A program made the position numbers and the translations under genes. A stretch of 64,000 nucleotides of DNA from Nitrosopumilus sp. GTDB lineage: Archaea; Thermoproteota; Nitrososphaeria; Nitrososphaerales; Nitrosopumilaceae. The stretch spans positions 480,001-544,000 of the forward strand of contig OZ242041.1 of assembly GCA_965205215.1 (NCBI GenBank). The letters are read 5' to 3'. The notes beneath the pieces are model-generated. The model ran no database searches and was not told the DNA's origin. It saw nothing but the letters and a program-made list of their open reading frames with translations. Below, piece after piece: positions 58,917 through 64,000 of the stretch. Within the stretch, counting starts at the first letter, position 1; every line of letters starts with the position of its first letter.

Positions 58917-60035
58917 ATGTCCGCGACTGCATCATCCGCACCACCATCACCGCCGCGATCGCCCAAGCCGTCGGACCTGATGAAGACCGTGGAATGGAGC
59001 GACGACGGCAGGGTGGTGATGATCGACCAGACAAGGCTTCCAAACGAGCTTGTCTACGTCACGTATGACGACTACAGGGACGTGGCGCAGGCCATCAAAG
59101 ACCTCGTCGTGAGGGGGGCCCCTGCAATAGGGGTGTCGGGCGCCTTTGGGCTTGCGCTGGCCGCGCGGCAGAGCGGCGCGTCCGATGCGTCCCAGCTTCT
59201 AAGGGATCTCAGGACTGCCGCCACGGTACTCGCGGCGACGCGCCCCACCGCGGTCAACCTGAAGTGGGGACTGGACAAGATAATGCGCGTTGCAGAGGAC
59301 GCGGCGGCCTCGTCTGCCAGCGACTCGCCCGTCCCCGTGGCCACGGCGGTGGCGGACGCCGCCATGCGCATGGCGTCAGACGACATCGAGATAAATCTGG
59401 CGATGGGGCGCAACGGGGCGGCCCTCTTCTCGGACAGCGACACCATAATGACCCACTGCAACGCGGGGGCCCTTGCCACCGTCGCGTACGGCACGGCATT
59501 GGGGGTGATCAGGGCCGTGCGCGACTCCGGCAAGGCGGTCCGCGTAATCGCCACCGAGACCCGCCCCGTGCAGCAGGGCTCGAGGCTTACCGCATTCGAG
59601 CTAAAGCACGACGGGATCGACGTCAGTATCATACCCGACACCGCCGTGGGGTACTCGATGGCAAACGGGCTGGTCGACCGCGTGGTGGTGGGAGCCGACC
59701 GCATACTGCGCACGGGGCACGTCTACAACAAGATAGGGACGTACCAGGTGGCCACCATGGCGCGCCAGCACGGCATACCGTTCTACGTGGCGGCCCCGCT
59801 CTCCACGTTTGACATGGACAGCGCCCCGGGCGACGTGGTGATAGAGCAGCGCAGCCCCGACGAGGTTACAGGCGTGGGGGGCCGCAGGACGGCGCCCGAC
59901 GGCATCGGCGTGATAAACCCCGCGTTTGACATGACTCCACCCGAGCTCGTGTCGGGGATCATAACGGAGAGGGGCGTGGCGGCACCCCCCTACGCGGAGT
60001 CAATCCCCAAATTGTTTGTCGCAGCTAATTTATAG
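58917..60035 (+). CDS. mtnA: Methylthioribose-1-phosphate isomerase
   Basis: IDQTRLP, VRGAPAIG, TRPTAVNL, THCNAGALAT, ETRP, NKIGTY. Confidence 0.93.
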   Translation: MSATASSAPPSPPRSPKPSDLMKTVEWSDDGRVVMIDQTRLPNELVYVTYDDYRDVAQAIKDLVVRGAPAIGVSGAFGLALAARQSGASDASQLLRDLRTAATVLAATRPTAVNLKWGLDKIMRVAEDAAASSASDSPVPVATAVADAAMRMASDDIEINLAMGRNGAALFSDSDTIMTHCNAGALATVAYGTALGVIRAVRDSGKAVRVIATETRPVQQGSRLTAFELKHDGIDVSIIPDTAVGYSMANGLVDRVVVGADRILRTGHVYNKIGTYQVATMARQHGIPFYVAAPLSTFDMDSAPGDVVIEQRSPDEVTGVGGRRTAPDGIGVINPAFDMTPPELVSGIITERGVAAPPYAESIPKLFVAANL

Positions 60036-60069
60036 AAACTTTTTATTTCTTGGCGCAATCGCGCCACGC

Positions 60070-60795
60070 ATGAGCGCCTCGACAGTGTCAGTCACCCCCG
60101 ACGCGGTCAGGGCGTCGCTCAAGCAGTGCATGGATCCGGAGGTTCCGATCAGCATCGTGGACATGGGGCTGGTATACGGGATCGACGTCACGGACGGCAA
60201 CGACGTCAACATAAGGATGACGATGACCACAAAGGGGTGCCCGCTGCACGAGACGCTGGTCTCAGACGTGACGCGGTTTGCCAAAAAGGTGCCCGGCGTC
60301 AACGACGTCAACGTCGAGATAGTCTGGGACCCGCCCTGGTCGATGGATATGCTGTCCGCCGAGGCCAAGGAGACGCTGCGGGGCATGGGCAGCCTCACCA
60401 ACATGGCGACGCCGGCCCCCATAGACTATGCGACTGCCATGCCGCAGGGCGTGGGCAACCTGGTCAAGCAGGAGGACGGCTCGATGGTGCTTGCAAACGA
60501 GCACGACCAGGGGTTCATGGTAAACCAGGCCATAGTGGACTTTTGGAAGTCCTGCAACGGGCAGCGCAAGATAACCGACCTGGTGGAGGTGTTTGCCCAG
60601 CAGACCGGGCTACAGCGCGGCCAGGTCGAAAAAGAGGTCATGCAGCTTGTAAAGCAGCTTGCCGACGGGGGGCTCTTGGTGATACCGCCCTCCTCATCTA
60701 CATCATCATCGTCACCACCACCACCGCAGCCCGGCGCGCAGGCGCCAGCGGACGCGGCTACCGCTGCCGCAGCAAAGGACGGCGCGGGCAACTAA
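60070..60795 (+). CDS. DUF59 (metal-sulfur cluster assembly) domain fused to PqqD-like domain
   Basis: DPEVPISIVDMGLVY, TTKGCP, WDPPW; then FWKSCNGQRKITDLV...LVKQLADGGLL. Confidence 0.85.
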   Translation: MSASTVSVTPDAVRASLKQCMDPEVPISIVDMGLVYGIDVTDGNDVNIRMTMTTKGCPLHETLVSDVTRFAKKVPGVNDVNVEIVWDPPWSMDMLSAEAKETLRGMGSLTNMATPAPIDYATAMPQGVGNLVKQEDGSMVLANEHDQGFMVNQAIVDFWKSCNGQRKITDLVEVFAQQTGLQRGQVEKEVMQLVKQLADGGLLVIPPSSSTSSSSPPPPQPGAQAPADAATAAAAKDGAGN

Positions 60796-60846
60796 CGACA
60801 ACAACTGTTCCGCCCCCGCAAAACGGCAGACGACCATATACCAGAA

Positions 60847-61917
60847 TCAGAGCCTCTTCTTTACGAAGCCTATGGACTCGACGGGCGACGGGTCGATCCC
60901 GTTCATTACGGCGCGGTATATGCTGGCGTATCCCGCCACGTACGCGAGGCCCATGAGCTTTGCCAGTATCCCCCCCTCGCCCGACTGAATCTCCACGTAT
61001 TCGATATTCCGAGACCCAAAGTACTCTTTTAGTATCTGCCACCTCTCCTTTGTCTTCGGGTGGTCGTCGCTTCCAGTAATCATGACGGGGCCGACCGCAT
61101 CGGAGGGCGCCTCCCATGCCACGATCCCGTTGTGGCAGGCCTCCAGGACGTCCTCCACTATGGCGTGCGTCTTTGCGTTCTCCTGCAGGTCGTTTTTGAA
61201 CCTGATGGCCGCGGCCCGCAGTCCGAACGGGTGGTATATCAGCGGCATGGCGGCCATGCGCTCGGCGATGCGCCGCGATATATTGTCGCCGCCGCCTATG
61301 TTGCCCGACGATATCGCGCGGCCCGTCTCCTGAAGGCGCTCTATGGCCTCCTCGACGTCCCCCTTGCGCAGCGGCAGCACGCCCTCAAGCGCCCTGAGCA
61401 TGGAGAAGACGACCCCCGCAAACGACGCCCGGGGCGAGTGGTTCTGCCCTATGGGTATGTGCCCGTGGCCCCTGCTGCGGCAGAGCCGCTCCAGCCTGCC
61501 GCCCGACGACACACCGACTACCCGCGCGTCGGTCTTGGCGGCAGCCTCGAGCGCGGCCAGCGTCTCCGGCGTCTCCCCCGAGACGCTTGTCGCGACCACC
61601 AGCGTGTTCTTGTCGACCGTCTTTGGCAGCTCGTACCCCTTTGTTACGGTGACGTGCACCGCGGTCTTTGAGAGTACGGCGGCAAAGAGGTTCCCTACGG
61701 CGCCCGACCCCCCCATTCCCGCAAACACGATGTGCGTGACGTCGTCCCCGTATGCGACGGCGTCCGAGTCCGGGCGGGGCTCGTACGCGTCAGCCGCGAT
61801 CTGGGGCCACCTGTCGTACACCTCGTGCATCCGGCCCGTGTCGACTGTATCCAACGTATGCTTGTCAAGCAAGTGGATGTGCTCACGCGTGAAATAATAT
61901 ATGTCTAGTATTGTCAC
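60847..61917 (-). CDS. SIS-domain bifunctional phosphoglucose/phosphomannose isomerase-like
   Basis: GMGGSG, SVSGET.ET, SSGG, ENAK, EACHN; true start probably slightly downstream. Confidence 0.87.
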   Translation of the reverse strand: MTILDIYYFTREHIHLLDKHTLDTVDTGRMHEVYDRWPQIAADAYEPRPDSDAVAYGDDVTHIVFAGMGGSGAVGNLFAAVLSKTAVHVTVTKGYELPKTVDKNTLVVATSVSGETPETLAALEAAAKTDARVVGVSSGGRLERLCRSRGHGHIPIGQNHSPRASFAGVVFSMLRALEGVLPLRKGDVEEAIERLQETGRAISSGNIGGGDNISRRIAERMAAMPLIYHPFGLRAAAIRFKNDLQENAKTHAIVEDVLEACHNGIVAWEAPSDAVGPVMITGSDDHPKTKERWQILKEYFGSRNIEYVEIQSGEGGILAKLMGLAYVAGYASIYRAVMNGIDPSPVESIGFVKKRL

Positions 61918-61961
61918 GCCGCGGTCCTGCGGCCGGCAGCTGCGCGCGGCGGCCGCACCGT

Positions 61962-62615
61962 CTAAAAGACGTGGCGCGAGCCGGCCCCGTCAAAGTTTAC
62001 CACGGCGCCCGACAGGTACTTTATGCGGCGGCTCACTATGCCGGCAACGAACTCGCCTATCTCCCTGGGCTCGCCCAGCCGCCCCATGGGCAGCTGCCTC
62101 TGGAACTCCTCGACGTCGTCGACAAGCTCGCGCGTGCGGTCCGTGTTGATCGGGCCCGGCGCTATAGTGACGCAGGTGACGTCGCGCCCCGCGTACTCGG
62201 TGCGGCTCTGCACCCTGAGCACCTCCGAAAACGCCGCGCGGTACGCGGCCGACATGACGAGTCGCGGGTCGGGCTCCTTTATCACGCTTGAGCTGATCAG
62301 AAATATGTAGCCGCCGTCGTTCACCCTGACGTTCCGCAGGACCGTGCAGAACCCCAGGAACAGCTGGTTGTGGTACTTTAGCCAGTCCTGCTCCGTTGTA
62401 TCGGCAAACGTCTTTGGGGGGGGACCGCCCGTGTTGAGCACAAGCACGTCTGTATCGGGGTGCGCCTCGGCAAACTCCCTTACACTGTCAAGATCCGACG
62501 TGTCGACGTCGCGCCTTGATGCCGCGTACACGTTGACGCCGGCGTCGGACAGCGCGCCTGCAATCGCCCTGCCAATCCCTTTGGAGCCGCCCATGACAAG
62601 CGCGTCCATGCTCAT
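61962..62615 (-). CDS. SDR family oxidoreductase
   Basis: GGSKGIG, NTGGP, PGPINTDR, PMGRLGEP. Confidence 0.9.
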   Translation of the reverse strand: MSMDALVMGGSKGIGRAIAGALSDAGVNVYAASRRDVDTSDLDSVREFAEAHPDTDVLVLNTGGPPPKTFADTTEQDWLKYHNQLFLGFCTVLRNVRVNDGGYIFLISSSVIKEPDPRLVMSAAYRAAFSEVLRVQSRTEYAGRDVTCVTIAPGPINTDRTRELVDDVEEFQRQLPMGRLGEPREIGEFVAGIVSRRIKYLSGAVVNFDGAGSRHVF

Positions 62616-62875
62616 ACCTCCCTGACGTCCGTTACGGTGCCCAGTATGGAGTCCATCCGTATGACGGCCCTTTTGCCGTCCCAGCCTAGCGCGACATACC
62701 AGTCCCCCGAGTCCGTATCATACTTGGTCTCAAGCGTGCTAACCGCGCCTGCCGGGCCCTCCTTTCCTCCTTCTCCGCCTGCCGGGTTGTGCTCCTTTAG
62801 TATGTGCGACGTGGCCAGCGCCACTGCCTGGGCCTCCGTCTCTAGGCGCCGCTTGATCAGTCCTATGCCCGGCAT
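62612..62875 (-). CDS. Conserved small hypothetical protein
   Basis: LETKYD...DWYVALGW...IRMDS..G; overlaps the SDR start (ATGA). Confidence 0.68.
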   Translation of the reverse strand: MPGIGLIKRRLETEAQAVALATSHILKEHNPAGGEGGKEGPAGAVSTLETKYDTDSGDWYVALGWDGKRAVIRMDSILGTVTDVREV

Positions 62876-63132
62876 TGTGCCTTGTGCGACTCCTGCCTAT
62901 ATTGCTCTTTTCTGTTGTCGTCACCGTGACATGAGTCGTATGATGTGGCAGCTGTAGGTGCATCCAAAAAGCTGGAGATTCCTACCCTTGTTGATACTGA
63001 CACATCCGTGGTGGCGCCTATGGCCCCTGCCTCTTATGGATGATATGGATACTGTTGCTGATACTGGTACACCAACTGTCGCATCTGGGGTAGCCAGTCT
63101 TAGTCGCGTCGTCTCTGTCGTCATGCTCTTTG

Positions 63133-63580
63133 CTATTGCAGATATCTGTACTCCTGTGCGTTTGGACCGTCTGGGTTTATCACTGTCACCCCAGTCTGCT
63201 CTGCGGCACGCTCAAGGCCCCTGTCGCACGTGACAAGAACGGATCCGTTATCCATAACACATGCTGATATCTCGTCGCCGCCGGGGTAGATCGTAGGGTA
63301 TCTAGTCTTCATGGATTTTGCCTTTGCGCGCATGTCGTCAGAGATCGGTACAAACTTACATGGGCCTCGAAGATCCTTGACAGCTTCTCTTGGATCGACT
63401 GGTAATTGAGCTCACGCATACCCAGCTCCCGTACGATTCTCGTGCTGTCGCCTGCGGCTACTTCACAGTCTAGATCGAGTTTCTTTGTTGCAAGTTATAA
63501 ATTTTGATCATAAATTCCGATCCGCATATGTTGATTATAGAAAAGCCGAAATACATGTCAAAAGTATTTCACGATCCGGC
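63133..63580 (-). pseudogene. Degraded PIN-domain gene
   Basis: C-terminal YPT..GG DEI.AC...VLVTCDRGL..AA...GVTVINP is PIN-like; upstream part is broken by frameshifts and stops; 5' boundary approximate. Confidence 0.5.
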
Positions 63581-63862
63581 CTCAATCTGTTGTTTGAGAG
63601 GTATGCCTTCAGGGTGCACCCATCAGTTACGATGAATTTATAGAACGTATTGTTCAGTTCATTATATGCAAACAATCTGTCTAACTGAGCCAATACATGT
63701 CTACATAAACGAGTCACTGACGTGGTACGTTCCAGCCCCTTGTGTCACGGTTAAAATTCAAGAAAGATGATGGCAAATGGTATCGACGTCTTGTGACAGT
63801 AATGCAGTCGCGTCAAATTCTCAGAGTGTAATATATTCAAATAATATCACTGTTGATGCAAA

Positions 63863-64000
63863 ATGTTGATTACGACTAAAGAGCCTCGTTCTCCGTTAAG
63901 ATATGCCGGTGGTAAAACACGAGGTATAGTATCAATACTAGAACTAATCCCGCCTGAAACTAAAGTAATGTATGCGCCTTTCATTGGTGGGGGCAGTGTA
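63863..64000 (+). CDS. Dam-family (D12 class) DNA adenine methyltransferase, 5' part
   Basis: Not in ORF track: MLITTKEPRSPLRYAGGKTRG...YAPFIGGGSV, motifs X and I of alpha-class N6-adenine methylases. Confidence 0.85.
   Translation, partial: MLITTKEPRSPLRYAGGKTRGIVSILELIPPETKVMYAPFIGGGSV

Noticed and set aside
62921-63124. 67-aa ORF downstream of the PIN relic as an antitoxin
   Set aside because: No recognisable motif; cannot be supported from sequence alone

Overview
GC-rich archaeal chromosome segment whose gene set (egsA, proteasome beta, aCPSF1/FttA, SepF, pantoate kinase plus phosphopantothenate synthetase, tetraether synthase, BluB, MtrA-like protein, DUR3-type symporter) points to an ammonia-oxidising archaeon (Nitrososphaerota, probably Nitrosopumilaceae). 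Resemblance to GC-rich host-associated lineages is inference. Most of 8-63 kb is core genome with two tRNAs: Val-GAC and an Arg-CCT with an 18-nt D-arm intron. Accessory parts are: (i) 1-7.8 kb, a PAS-PAS histidine kinase and stand-alone receiver lying divergent from two diverged tandem copies of an MFS transporter whose C-terminal tail carries a His-to-Gln pseudo H-box, with an IS66-like remnant and a gene fragment in the duplication; (ii) AT-rich islets at about 47.4-48.2 kb and 57.8-58.8 kb, the latter a DUF3800 gene followed directly by a predicted three-way-junction RNA; (iii) the start of an AT-rich island at the right edge (PIN pseudogene, Dam-family methylase). Leading candidates for new biology are the DUF3800 plus structured RNA module, the MFS-pseudo-HisKA fusion, a helicase with an inserted PKD-like domain and an unannotated 41-aa Cys/His-rich microprotein. 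All family calls are by motif recognition; no searches were run.
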